Positions 51,169 to 62,484 of a stretch of 64,000 bases of DNA are shown here, piece by piece. Numbering within the stretch: the first letter of the stretch is position 1; each line of letters begins with the position of its first letter. Where the stretch lies: contig CAWFSF010000006.1 of assembly GCA_963818475.1 (NCBI GenBank), positions 2,016,001 to 2,080,000 on the forward strand, written 5' to 3'. The notes under the pieces are model-generated. The model was not told where the DNA came from and searched no databases. It was given only the letters and a program-made list of their open reading frames with translations. A program made the position numbers and the translations under genes. The stretch is from Nitrospirota bacterium. Lineage in GTDB: Bacteria > Nitrospirota > UBA9217.

Positions 51169-53050
51169 GGGCCCCTCCTTTTTCCACGACAATGGCCCTA
51201 GTGGGACAGACGGTGTAGCAGGCCTTGCACTTGGTGCAGTAGTCCTGGTCGATGAAGAACTTGTCCCGCAGTCTCGACCACCGCGTCGAAAGCGCAGGCA
51301 GTCTTGCACATGCCGCAGAGGATGCAGTGTTCGGGAAGGATGCGGAAGGTCCCGAGTCCCTGACAGCGTTTGGCCCGGCAGAACTTGTCGTTCACATGCT
51401 CTTCATATTCTTCGCGGAAATACTTGATCGTGGAAAGCACCGGGTTCGGGGCGCTGTTGCCGAGGCCGCAGAGCGATCCGGCCACGACCATCTTGCCCAT
51501 TTTCTCAAGCAGCTCGATATCGCCTTTTTCACCCTGTCCTGACGTGATTTTGTCCAGCAGTTCGTACATCTGCCACGTGCCGATCCTGCAGGGCGGGCAC
51601 TTGCCGCAGGACTCGCTCTTGGTAAAGGACAGGAAGTACTTGGCCACGTCCACCATGCAGTCGTCCTCGTCCAGCACCACCATGCCGCCGGAGCCCATGA
51701 TCGAGCCCACCGTCGCCAGGGTGTCGAAGTCGACCTGCATGTCGAGGAACTGGGCAGGGATGCAGCCGCCCGACGGTCCGCCGGTCTGGACCGCCTTGAA
51801 CTGCCTTGTCCGGGTTCAGCATGCCGCCGCCGATGTCGAAGATGATCTCGCGGAGCGTGATGCCCATGGGGACCTCGATGAGGCCCGTGTTCTTGATCTT
51901 GCCGGTCAGGGCGAAGACCTTGGTGCCCTTCGATTTCTCGGTGCCGATCGAGGTATAGTAGTCAAGCCCCTTGGTGAAGATCGTCGGGATGTTGGCAAAG
52001 GTCTCGACGTTGTTCAGGTTCGTGGGCATGTTCCAGAGGCCGCCGGCCGCTTCGGAGAGCCGCGGAGGACGGGGACGCGGCATGCCGCGTTCGCCTTCGA
52101 TGGAGGCAACAAGAGCTGTTGATTCGCCGCAGACAAAGGCGCCTGCGCCTTCCTTGATCTCCATGGTCGAAATCGAGGCCGCTGCCCAGGATGTTCTTGC
52201 CCAGAAGCCCCATCGCCTCGGCCTGTTTGATGGCAATGCCGAGGTTCTTCACGGCAAGGGGATACTCGTGCCGCACGTAGATATAACCGAATTGCGCGCC
52301 GATAGCGAAGGCATTGATGATCATGCCTTCCATGACGGAATGGGGATCGCCTTCCATGAGCGCGCGGTCCATGAACGCGCCCGGATCGCCTTCGTCGCCA
52401 TTGCAGACCACGGCCTTGATCTTGGCGCCCGATTTCTTGGTATGCTCCCACTTGAGCCCTGCCGGGAAGCCTGCGCCACCGCGACCGCGCACGCCCGACT
52501 TCTTGACGATGTCGATGACCTCGTCGGGCTTCATCTCGGTCAGCACCTTGGCCAGGCCGGCATAACCATCCTCGCGGATGGAGTCGTAGATGTTGCAAGG
52601 GTCGACGATGCCGTTCTTATGAAGCGCCAGGCGTTTCTGTTTTTTGTAGAACGGGATGTCCTGCATGGCCACATTGGGCTCAGCAAGCGGGACCTCGCGG
52701 TAGAGCTGCTTTCGGTACGGCACGCCCTGCAGTACAGATCCGGAGAACAGGGCAGGAATATCAGCCACCTTCACCTTCTGATAAAAGGTCTCCTGCGGTT
52801 CCTGAACAACGACCGGGCCGCGCTGACAGAACCCCTGGCAGCCGGTCTTGACGATCTCGAGGTTCTCACCCTTTGCCGCGGCTTCTTCCTCGAACTTCTT
52901 GACAAGCTTGTTCGAACCCGAGGCCTGGCATGCCGTGCCGCAGCAGACCCGGACCCGGTGAGTGTCCTTCTCTTTACGCTCGTTCTGCAGTTTGGTGCGA
53001 AGGGCCGCGAGCTCGGCAACGCTGTTTAGCCGCTTAAACGTGAGTTCCAT
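51149..53050 (-). CDS. HydB/NuoF-like FMN/NADH-binding subunit (frameshifted)
   Basis: CCGTAC...[55 protein letters not shown], two C-terminal 4Fe-4S motifs. Confidence 0.92.
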
Positions 53051-53524
53051 GTTCACTCCTCGCCATCGCAATGATATCATCCACCATCTTCGGCGTAAGC
53101 TCGCCGTAGAGGTCCTGGTCATTCACCGTGGCTACCGGTGCCAAGGCGCAGCAGCCCACGCAGCCCACGGTCTCAAGCGTGACCGAACGGTCAGCCGTGG
53201 TCTCGCCTTGCTTGATGCCCAGCTTGGCTTCCATCTCGGTCAGCACGTCCTTGGCGCCCCGCACATGGCACGCCGTACCCATGCAGACCTTGACGATGTT
53301 CTTGCCCCGCGGTTTGAAATGGAAGTGTTTGTAGAACGAAGCCACGCCATACACGTTGTTAATCGAAAGAGACATGCGGTCCGCAGATCATCGTCATCGC
53401 ATCCTCGGGCAGATAGCCCACCTTCTCCTGCACCCGCTGCAGCACAGCAATGAGCATGCCTCGCTGGCCTTGTGCATCGTCGAGGACAGTATTAACCTTC
53501 TTTCAGATCTTCTTGCTCGAGCAC
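53034..53524 (-). CDS. HydC/NuoE-like 2Fe-2S subunit (frameshifted)
   Basis: LQRVQEKVGYLP, VYGVASFY, VCMGTACHVRGA, GCVGCCALAP. Confidence 0.9.
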
Positions 53525-53902
53525 TGTATCAACCTCCCCTCACCTGCCGTACACTGGTGCATTCGGTACGGTAGATCGGATCCCTGACATAATTTTTGGT
53601 GATGGTACCGCGAAATGCGAATGTGCTACTTTTTGTAACTATTGAGAATATTTGCAATGATTTTTGCGCATTAGGGAGTGTGCATATTAGCAACCACTTG
53701 GTAAAAAATCAAGGGAAAATACTATAAATAAATTTCATATTGAAATTATATTTCTCTATTTATGCGGCTGCTCAATGCTTGAGGACCTCTCGTCCAGTGT
53801 GACGAGGTCCATCGAATACCGCGTTCCCCTGACTGTTTGACACACCCGGATTCGCCTGCTATATTCAACGTACTATCAGCCTGTTGAAAGAGAGGATACA
53901 CG

Positions 53903-55157
53903 ATGAGCATTCTGGCAATGATCCTTGCAGGCGGCAAGGGAGAACGGCTCCACCCCCTCACGATTCACCGGGCAAAACCGGCCGTGCCCTTTGGCGGCAT
54001 TTACCGCATCATTGATTTTACCCTGTCAAACTGCATCAACTCCGGCATCAGGAAGATCGCTGTGCTCCCCCAGTACAAATCCCTCTCCCTGGACAAGCAC
54101 CTCCGCATGGCCTGGAACTTCTTTTCCGGCGAACTGAACGAATTTATCATATCGGTGCCGCCCCAGCAACGCGTGGGTGACAAATGGTACCAGGGAACGG
54201 CCGATGCCATCTACCAGAACATCTATATGATCGAAAAGGATGCTCCGGACCACCTGCTGGTGCTCGCTGGCGACCACATTTACAAGATGGACTACGCGGA
54301 AATGTTCAAGTTCCATAAGGAACACCATGCCGATGCAACGGTCGCGGCCATCGAGATCCCCCGGCAGAGCGCCACCTCCTTCGGCGTCATTGAGGTCGTT
54401 GATGACTTCCGAATAGTAGGATTCGAGGAAAAGCCGCAGGGAACCGAAGCACATCCCGGGCCGCCCGGACACGGCCTTCGCGTCCATGGGCATCTACCTG
54501 TTCAATACGAAGACCCTCCTGGAATATTTGAAATCAGATGCGCTCCAGGATACGTCCCACGATTTCGGCAAGAACATCATCCCCCAGATGATGAAGACGT
54601 CACGCGTCTGCGCCTACAACTTTAAGGATGAGAACAAGAAAGAAGCGAAATACTGGCGCGATGTCGGCACCATCGACGCCTACTGGGAAGCGAACATGGA
54701 CCTGGTGAGCGTCGATCCGCAGTTGAACCTGTATGATGGAGCATGGCCCATCCGCACCTATCAGTCCCAGAATCCTCCGGCCAAGTTCGTCTTTGCCCAG
54801 GAAAAAAAAGGCGGCAGGCTCGGCATCGCGCTCGACTCGATCGTTTCGCATGGGTGCATCGTGAGCGGCGGCCGTGTGCAGAACTCGGTGCTGTCGCCGA
54901 ACGTGCGCGTGAACAGTTACAGCGAGGTACATGAGTCAATTCTCATGGAGAACGTGGACATCGGCAGACATTGCCGCATCCGGAAGGCCATCATTGACAA
55001 GGACGTGATCATCCCGCCGGAGACCGAGATCGGCTATGACCTTGAAGAGGACAGGAAGCGTTACCACGTGACGCCATCGGGCATCGTGGTCATTGCCAAA
55101 GGAACGGAATTGCCGGAGGAGGCGAGAGCATCAGCCATGGCGGAAGAGCGGATATAA
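53903..55157 (+). CDS. glgC: glucose-1-phosphate adenylyltransferase (frameshift near 54440)
   Basis: LAGGKGERL...[48 protein letters not shown]. Confidence 0.95.
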
Positions 55158-55184
55158 AGAAGGAAATCAGCACAAGGACGAATG

Positions 55185-55221
55185 CAAAAAAGGCGGATGG
55201 GCAAACCCATCCGCCTTTTTT
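55185..55221 (+). terminator. intrinsic terminator
   Basis: AAAAAAAGGCGGATGGG-CAAA-CCCATCCGCCTTTTTT. Confidence 0.85.
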
Positions 55222-55528
55222 GTATTCCGACAGGTTGTTTAAAAGCTTCGACACTCCAAAAAATGCACCCTAACGGTGCGACTGCTCATTTTAAAATCAA
55301 TGCGTTACTATTTGGAGCCACAGAACCATATACACAGAATACACAGAGCATAAACATCGCCATAAGCCTTTTATCTGCTACAGCCTCTTTCACGCCAAAT
55401 TCTGGCGACGATACCAGCTAAAACCAGGATAATAACTGATCAATGAGGTTTGATTAATTTCCATTATTGTGATATACAACACAGAGAAAATATCACTCAT
55501 CCGAAAGTACATGCCGGGGGGACAGATC

Positions 55529-56491
55529 ATGGAAAAAGTCTGGGAAATAAAAGATCCCGATCAGTATCTTCATCCTCAGAAAAAGAAGCGCATAACGAGG
55601 GAATTACCCCCTTCAAAAAATCCTGCCAGGGCTTACACCCTTTCACTGTTTTTCTGGGGAGGGGGGCAGAGTTATAACGAGCAACGGGGGAAAGGCCTGC
55701 TGTTTCAATTGTCCTTGATCATTTTTTGCTTAGGCATTGCTCTTTCTCTCATTTACTGGAAACCCCTTCTTGAATTTCTGCACTCCCATGGCCTATCGAA
55801 TGCTGACACTTTCCTCGGGACTGAAGTCCTGTTCTTTTTTATATTGATCTTCTGGATGTACAATGCCGGCGATGCATACCATATGGCGGCAAAAACGGGA
55901 AGAAAACCATTTAGGGGTGTCCACAGTCGTGTGTATCCCTTTCTCTGTTCTTTGCTCATTCCCGGCTGGGGACAGTTCCTGAACGGACAACCGATAAAAG
56001 GAAGTATTTTCTCAGGCTTCTCGATTCTCGGTCTTTTTTCACTCGTATCTATCCCGTCCGTTTTCGTGGCCTGGCCCTTCCTGGAGATATCAGAAACCCG
56101 TTTTGTCGTTGAGGAAATCCTGTTACTCACCGTGCTTTTTGCGCCGCTGATACCGTTCATATGGCTCTTCGGCAGCTATGATGCCCTGAAAGTCAGCCTC
56201 GATGACCTCAAGAAGGAACCGTTCTTCGAAAGGATCAAGTCTGCGAACAACCGCCGCCGAACGCAGGGATGGGTAAGGGGCGTCTTTCCTCAGATCAAGT
56301 CAACCGTCGTACTCGGGCTCGTCCTCATCTTCCTCTTGATCGCCGCTTACCACTATGTACCCGCACTCCTGAACTACTATCAAGATCAGCTGTCAGATAT
56401 TCAGGCAGGAATGCAGAAGCAGGGAATGACAATCCTGCCGGAGCTTATCAACAAGTTGCTTTCACTGATGGCATCAGGGAAATATCTCTAA
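55529..56491 (+). CDS. hypothetical multi-pass membrane protein with two SLL-x-PGWGQ-type repeats
   Basis: LSLFFWGGGQSYN...KG and CSLLIPGWGQFLNGQPIKG repeats, several TM helices. Confidence 0.7.
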   Translation: MEKVWEIKDPDQYLHPQKKKRITRELPPSKNPARAYTLSLFFWGGGQSYNEQRGKGLLFQLSLIIFCLGIALSLIYWKPLLEFLHSHGLSNADTFLGTEVLFFFILIFWMYNAGDAYHMAAKTGRKPFRGVHSRVYPFLCSLLIPGWGQFLNGQPIKGSIFSGFSILGLFSLVSIPSVFVAWPFLEISETRFVVEEILLLTVLFAPLIPFIWLFGSYDALKVSLDDLKKEPFFERIKSANNRRRTQGWVRGVFPQIKSTVVLGLVLIFLLIAAYHYVPALLNYYQDQLSDIQAGMQKQGMTILPELINKLLSLMASGKYL

Positions 56492-56686
56492 CGCTTCCCC
56501 TGGATTCAATCATACAAAATAGATCGGTCCATGGATGAAACGCAGCCCCTGCTGCTGATGGTAACCAACGAGAAGTAACCGTTTTCCACAACCCCAAAAA
56601 CCCGGGGAATAATATCCTCACATCAATGCCGAGCATCTCAGCTTATGGCGCTCACAGGCGACTGAAAACGCAGACGTTGCCGCTGT

Positions 56687-57460
56687 TTATTTCCCCTTAT
56701 ACAGCCCGTCAAATGAATCTTCATCGATAACGCGTGAGATCCCACAGGCAGGACACTCAAGCAGCAGGGTCGGTAAATAGGTTTCTTCATCATACAACGT
56801 ATCATCCTCCCGCTCCTTCTGCGCCTGCGCAACCATTTCCTTGAATTTAGTATAGGTCATGGCACTATAGACGTGATTGCAGGAAGGGTTGCTGCAGGCG
56901 ACATTTGCGAGCAAAAATTCCCCACCGCTCTCTTTGGGAGCAACGAACATGCCGAAGCTTCTCGTCCGGGGGATCTTGGGGGGCACGGGAATGGTTTTCG
57001 GATTTCCGTGCTCGATGACCGTAAGGCATATTTCATATTTCCCGCGCGGCCTGCCCTTTACATAGCATCCGATCTGCAGGGACGGGGCATAGGGAGATCT
57101 CGACTTGAGCGTGCCGTACCAGTCCCCGCCGGGTTCGACCAGCAGGCGCTGTACCAGCACCCGGCCGCCCAGGTATGCGCGCTGGCCCCGGTCCTTCCAT
57201 ACTTTCAGTTCGAACAGTATGTAGGCCCAGAAATGGTCATGGGGCATCGGCTTGGGGCGCTTGTTCTGCGGGAGCAGGCTGAGGACCTGTTCATAGGTGA
57301 AGTGCGTGGATTTGCCGCATTTGTCGCAAGCGAGACGAAAGATATATTTCGGCTCGTAGCGCAGGCGATACTCAAAGCGTGCACGCGCTTCACTCACCGT
57401 AATATGATGAGGAGTATCGCTGCATCCAGGCGTACCGCAGGAAAGACAGGCTTCTGACAT
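56687..57460 (-). CDS. hypothetical protein with two predicted zinc-ribbon modules
   Basis: CGTPGC...CDKC and CSNPSC...CPAC. Confidence 0.65.
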   Translation of the reverse strand: MSEACLSCGTPGCSDTPHHITVSEARARFEYRLRYEPKYIFRLACDKCGKSTHFTYEQVLSLLPQNKRPKPMPHDHFWAYILFELKVWKDRGQRAYLGGRVLVQRLLVEPGGDWYGTLKSRSPYAPSLQIGCYVKGRPRGKYEICLTVIEHGNPKTIPVPPKIPRTRSFGMFVAPKESGGEFLLANVACSNPSCNHVYSAMTYTKFKEMVAQAQKEREDDTLYDEETYLPTLLLECPACGISRVIDEDSFDGLYKGK

Positions 57461-57634
57461 AGGTGAATCGAATCCCTCTATGAACGAATTATTGCAAAAG
57501 TATATTCTCTCTTCGCATTCTTTACAAGAACTTTGACGGTGTAATTTCAGGGTAATAGTGCGATCGCAGGATTTCCGGAGAAACCGGGGCAGGAGAAATG
57601 CGGAGTGCGAAATCATTCTTCATGGCGGACCATA

Positions 57635-58267
57635 TCACAGGACAAACTTCATGATCTCATCCAGCGGTTTCCTGCTTCGTGCAGACGGGTCTTCGTCAGG
57701 CAAGCCGACGGGAAGCAGTGCGGCGATGAACGTTTCCTTTCCATAGCCGAGAAGTTTCCCGAATGCCTCCTGCGCCACGAGCGGCCCGGTCATCCAGCAG
57801 GAGCCGTAGCCGAGAGCATGGACCGCCAGCAGTATATGCTCGATCGCCGCTGAAACGCTCTGGAGCCCGGGCATGGGCCTGAGCCGCTTGATATCCTCCG
57901 GAGCATAGCCCATTCTGGCGAGCAGCAGGTCCGTTCCTGCGTCATACCCTTCCATGCAGACCGCGATCACGATTGGCGCATGCTCGAAAAAAGTGTAGTA
58001 GGTGCTTTTGTACGCCGCAAGCCGCTGCGCCTGTTTCTCGCTCTCGGCATAAGGGATCATCGTATTGACCATCTCACGGACAGCTTCCGCCATCTTCCGC
58101 AGAAGCTCGCGGTCCTTGATCACGATGAACTTCCAGGGCTGTGTATTGTTCGCAGACGGCGCGAGCCTGCCTGCGTCAAGGATCTTCTTGATGTCCTCGT
58201 CCGGCACCGGGGTTTGCTTGAACCGGCGGATGCTTTTTCTTCCCTGGATGGCGTCAAATAGGTCCAT
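57635..58267 (-). CDS. nitroreductase-family protein
   Basis: GRKSIRRF, APSANNTQPWKFIV, LAVHALGYGSCWM. Confidence 0.92.
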   Translation of the reverse strand: MDLFDAIQGRKSIRRFKQTPVPDEDIKKILDAGRLAPSANNTQPWKFIVIKDRELLRKMAEAVREMVNTMIPYAESEKQAQRLAAYKSTYYTFFEHAPIVIAVCMEGYDAGTDLLLARMGYAPEDIKRLRPMPGLQSVSAAIEHILLAVHALGYGSCWMTGPLVAQEAFGKLLGYGKETFIAALLPVGLPDEDPSARSRKPLDEIMKFVL

Positions 58268-58284
58268 AGATTACAGCAAGCTCG

Positions 58285-58386
58285 AAATCACAAGCACTAA
58301 ATAACAAATAAATTCCAGGCTCCAATCGGCAAATTACAAACGTTTCGGAAATTGGCTGTTGGATATTGAGCTTTATTTGGGATTTG
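58285..58386. repeat. heptamer-built palindromic intergenic repeat
   Basis: AAATCAC-AAGCACT-AAATAAC units, central AAACGTTT, TTGGGATTTG. Confidence 0.7.
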
Positions 58387-58392
58387 CAATAG

Positions 58393-59421
58393 TTACACCA
58401 TCTCCGCCAGATCGCGGATCAGTTTCTCCGAATCCTTCCACCCCAGGCACGGGTCGGTGATGGACTTGCCGTACACATTCTCCGTCACCTTCTGGCTGCC
58501 TTCCTCGATGAAGCTCTCGATCATGAAGCCGCGGATCATGTCCTTGAGCAGCGTTGCATGCTGACGGCTCTGCATCACTTCTATGGCGATCCGGGGCTGT
58601 TCCTTGTACTTTTTGTTCGAGTTGGCGTGGTTCGTGTCCACGATGATGGCGGGATTGACAAGACCTCGCTTCTTATAGGCCTCGGCAGCGGTCATCAGGT
58701 CCTCGTAATGATAATTGGGGATGTTCGTGCCGTGATGGTCCACGGCGCCCCGCAGAATAATGTGCGTCAGAGGATTGCCCGAGGTCTTGACCTCCCAGCG
58801 GTTATAGCTGAAGATATGCGCTGCCTGGGAAGCCTGCACGGAATTGAACATTACCTCGAGGTCGCCCGAGGTCGGGTTCTTCATGCCCACAGGAATATCG
58901 AGGCCGCTGCAGGTAAGCCGGTGCGCCTGGTTCTCGACCGAGCGGGCGCCCACGGCAACATAGCTCAGCACATCCTCAAGGTAGGGATAGTTGCCGGGAT
59001 AAAGCATCTCGTCGGCAGCCGGGAGGTGCGATTCCCGGAGTGCCCGGAGATGCATCTTCCTGATGGCGTTCAGGCCTTCGACGATATTCGGTTCTTCCTG
59101 GAGGTTCGGCTGGTGGGCCATCCCCTTGTACCCGATCCCGGTGGTGCGCGGTTTGTTCGTATAGATCCGCGGGATCAAGAGGATTTTGTCCTTTACCTCC
59201 GCCTGGACCTTTGCCAGCCTGCCGATGTAGTCGCACACCGCCTCTTCATCGTGGGCAGAACAGGGGCCGATGATAAGGACGAACTTGCTGCTCTCCCCGG
59301 TAAAGACGGCGCGGATCTCGGCATCACGTTTCTTCTTGATCTCCTGCAGTTCCGGAGAGACCGGCATGGCCGCGATGATGTCTCCGGGATTCGGTATCTC
59401 ACGTGTATAGACGAAGCTCAT
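58393..59421 (-). CDS. 3-deoxy-7-phosphoheptulonate synthase (class I-alpha)
   Basis: IGPCSAH, YTNKPRTTGIGYKG, VGARS, GMKNPTSG, DTNHANS, YGKSITDPCLGW. Confidence 0.95.
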   Translation of the reverse strand: MSFVYTREIPNPGDIIAAMPVSPELQEIKKKRDAEIRAVFTGESSKFVLIIGPCSAHDEEAVCDYIGRLAKVQAEVKDKILLIPRIYTNKPRTTGIGYKGMAHQPNLQEEPNIVEGLNAIRKMHLRALRESHLPAADEMLYPGNYPYLEDVLSYVAVGARSVENQAHRLTCSGLDIPVGMKNPTSGDLEVMFNSVQASQAAHIFSYNRWEVKTSGNPLTHIILRGAVDHHGTNIPNYHYEDLMTAAEAYKKRGLVNPAIIVDTNHANSNKKYKEQPRIAIEVMQSRQHATLLKDMIRGFMIESFIEEGSQKVTENVYGKSITDPCLGWKDSEKLIRDLAEMV

Positions 59422-59590
59422 AGGAATGGTATCCCCTCCCGTTGGTTTCTTTTTCGCTGGCAGTATAAAAGCCGCATCCGGTTAAGTCAAGCCAAAAAGC
59501 GGTTCAGCATCCTACTCTGCGGCTGAGTGCAGAGGTCTCATACAAAAAACTTCTGGTGTTTTTCATAGTAATATTGTATAAAAACATGCC

Positions 59591-60571
59591 ATGGCAAAGA
59601 AACCTGCAAAGAAACCACTAGCGGCTAAAGGACGCTCCGGCGGAAAAGGCGGCAACCTCGACCGATGGATCATCGTCGGTATTATCGTCGCGCTCATCGC
59701 CATCGGGCTTTCCCTCTGGGGGCCGCTGCGCAAGTACCGGCCGAGCATAGAGAAAAAGGCCATCGAGCAAACAAAAAAGATTGAACCGGCAATGCTAAAG
59801 AAGCCGGCAGCAGAAAAAACAACAGAAAAAATTAAGAAAAAAGAGCACAAGGAAACTAGAACTGCCAAAAAACAGGAGAACCTTTTCGTTGTCAGGCCCG
59901 CAGAAAAGACGGCGTTCATCGCGATCGTGATCGACGATCTGGGCCAGGACCTGAGATCAGCGCAGGAGGTCCTTGCCCTGCCCGGCATGGTCACCGTTGC
60001 GGTCATGCCTGGCCTTCCCCATTCGAAGAAAACCGCAGAACTGGCAAGACAGGACAAGCACGAAGTGCTGCTCCACCTGCCCATGGAATACCGGGGCAAG
60101 AACGGAAAGCCTGCCTTGGGCATGCTGCGCTCCACCATGACGCCCATGGATCTTCTGAACGTGATCAGCGAGGACATAGATTCGGTGCCCGGCGCGATCG
60201 GCGTGAACAATCACGAGGGCTCGTCGCTTACGGAGAACCTGGAAGCCATGAAATTCCTGATGGCTGAGCTCAAGGCCCGCGACCTGATGTTCCTCGACAG
60301 CCTTACCAGCGCGAAGAGCGTGGCCTATGCCACGGCCAAAGAGTTCGGCATGAAGGCGGCAAAGCGCGATGTTTTTCTTGATAATGAAAGTGAGAATGCG
60401 GAATACATACGCAATCAGCTGAATGAACTGGCACGTGTTGCGAAAGAAAAAGGCCACGCCATCGGCATCGGGCACCCGCATCCAGCCACGATCAGCGAGC
60501 TCAAAAAATGGCTGGCTGATGCTGAAAAACAGGGCATCACGATCGTACCGGTGTCGAAGCTGATGCAGTGA
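59591..60571 (+). CDS. divergent polysaccharide deacetylase (YibQ-like)
   Basis: AIVIDDLG, LLHLPME, GVNNHEGS, FLDSLT, RDVFLDN, AIGIGHP; N-terminal TM. Confidence 0.9.
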   Translation: MAKKPAKKPLAAKGRSGGKGGNLDRWIIVGIIVALIAIGLSLWGPLRKYRPSIEKKAIEQTKKIEPAMLKKPAAEKTTEKIKKKEHKETRTAKKQENLFVVRPAEKTAFIAIVIDDLGQDLRSAQEVLALPGMVTVAVMPGLPHSKKTAELARQDKHEVLLHLPMEYRGKNGKPALGMLRSTMTPMDLLNVISEDIDSVPGAIGVNNHEGSSLTENLEAMKFLMAELKARDLMFLDSLTSAKSVAYATAKEFGMKAAKRDVFLDNESENAEYIRNQLNELARVAKEKGHAIGIGHPHPATISELKKWLADAEKQGITIVPVSKLMQ

Positions 60572-60700
60572 ATCAGGGGCCGGGAGTCCAGGGTTAAGGG
60601 TACAGAAATGAGGACGACAAGAATTTACAACGAGAGTTTCTTCCCTGAAACCTGACTCCCTGCACCCATTGCACCACCATCAAATCCATCCCTAAAACCT

Positions 60701-61706
60701 ATGCTCACCCTCGGAATAGAAACCTCCTGTGATGAAACCGCTGCTGCGGTGCTCAGGGACGATATCGTCCTCTCCTCCATCGTTGCGTCACAGGTCAAAC
60801 TGCATGAGAAATACGGCGGCGTCGTGCCCGAACTCGCCTCGCGCGAGCATCTGAAGAACATCATGCCCGTGATCCGCGAAGCGCTGACCCAGGCCTCGGT
60901 GCAGCTTGACGACATCGGCCTCGTGGCCGCCACCTACACGCCCGGCCTGATCGGCGCGCTCCTCGTGGGCGTGTCCACGGCCAAGGCGATCGCGTACGCG
61001 CAGAGAGTCCCCTTCATCGGCGTGCACCACGGCGAAGGGTCATATCCTCGCCGCCCACCTCGAATATCCCGGCATCGGCTACCCCTATCTGGCCTTGCTC
61101 GTCTCGGGCGGCCATACAGCCCTCTATCATGTCAAAGGCCTGGGCGACTACCGGCTGCTCGGTCAGACGCGGGACGATGCTGCAGGCGAGGCTTATGACA
61201 AGGTATCAAAACTGCTGAACCTCCCCTACCCCGGCGGCCCCGTGATCGACAAGCTCGCACAGGAGGGGAATCCCCTCGCCGTGAACTTCCCCCGAAGCAG
61301 GCAGGAGGGGTATGACTTCAGTTTCAGCGGGCTGAAGACCGCGGTCAGGAACCATGTCGCTCTTTTTAAGAGCAAGGACAAGGGAATCGACCCGGCCCTG
61401 AACATCAGGGATGTTGCCGCAAGCTTCCAGGCAGCGGTCGTGGACACGCTCGTGGAGAAGACGATGAAAGCCGCAGTCGATACCGGCGTGGACAAGATCG
61501 TGGTTGCTGGCGGGGTCGCAGCAAACAGTTCGCTCCGCAGCAGAATGAAGCAGGAGGCGGAGCAACGCGGCATGACGCTCTACCTCCCGGGCATGAACCT
61601 CTGCATCGATAATGCCGCCATGATCGCCCTCGCCGGATATCTCCACCACAGACGCGGCGAGACCTCAAGCCTGGACCTGAACCCACGCCCGACCATGCCG
61701 CTTTAG
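60701..61706 (+). CDS. tsaD: tRNA threonylcarbamoyltransferase TsaD (frameshift near 61040)
   Basis: [59 protein letters not shown]. Confidence 0.95.
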
Positions 61707-61959
61707 TTGCTGCTTGCTTCGAGACTCCTGCGGAGCCAGCAAATTGGACGTTGCCCTCCTCGAAGCGTTGGGACCAGTCATCAGACTTTTGTCACCAAAA
61801 AGGTTTCTGAAGAAGCAGCATTACCTCTCAGCCGGCAATGATAAAGCATACAAAAATGCTCCTCTTTCCCACATACCTGCTGATGTGTTATACTTATTAC
61901 ATGAGAATAACTTTGGAAGGGAGCAGGCGGTCCATTGCTCCCCCATGAAGGAGGCGGTT

Positions 61960-62271
61960 ATGGCAACCATTAAGAACATAAAAAATAATCTTTGTGATGA
62001 CGTATATAGCGGGCTCTCAGACATGAAGGAAAAACTCGTTGTTTTGCGGAACGATCTCGCACGCACGTACGGCGGTGAGATGAATGTCTTCGGGCTTTTC
62101 GATCGGCACCTCCGCGAGCTTGTCGACCAGGTCGATTGGAAGCTCCAGATACTCTCGCATGCCTGCCCCTATGAGTGGACAGGCTCTGCCGAGTATGAAG
62201 AGAACACCGTTTCAGTAGGTCCTGCCGATAAAACATTGTCCGACTTTTCCGGCGGATATCTCGGCGGGTAA
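61960..62271 (+). CDS. hypothetical helical protein
   Basis: Strong SD AAGGAGG before MATIKNIK; followed by a terminator hairpin. Confidence 0.7.
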   Translation: MATIKNIKNNLCDDVYSGLSDMKEKLVVLRNDLARTYGGEMNVFGLFDRHLRELVDQVDWKLQILSHACPYEWTGSAEYEENTVSVGPADKTLSDFSGGYLGG

Positions 62272-62484
62272 AGGCTTGCAATGTCAGGGAGAGGCCGGCG
62301 GAGATGCATCCCACGGCCTCTTTTTTTTGGCTTGACGCGTGGAACGGCGGTATCTTTATTAAGATCTCTGCCACCATGAAGCAAAAAAAGATGCCGCCCT
62401 TTCGGGAGGCATCTTTCTGTTTAAACACCTAATCATCAACCTCGCGCAGACAATATGCTTCCGCCTGACGATCCGCCGCTCTCG

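Noticed and set aside
29726-54500. Mass pseudogenisation of the dsr cluster and the NuoEFG-like genes, or widespread programmed frameshifting
   Set aside because: The breaks I traced are short indels without an accompanying load of nonsense codons, catalytic motifs are intact, and normally essential genes (ftsY, tsaD) are hit too. This fits long-read consensus error; read-level polishing would settle it.
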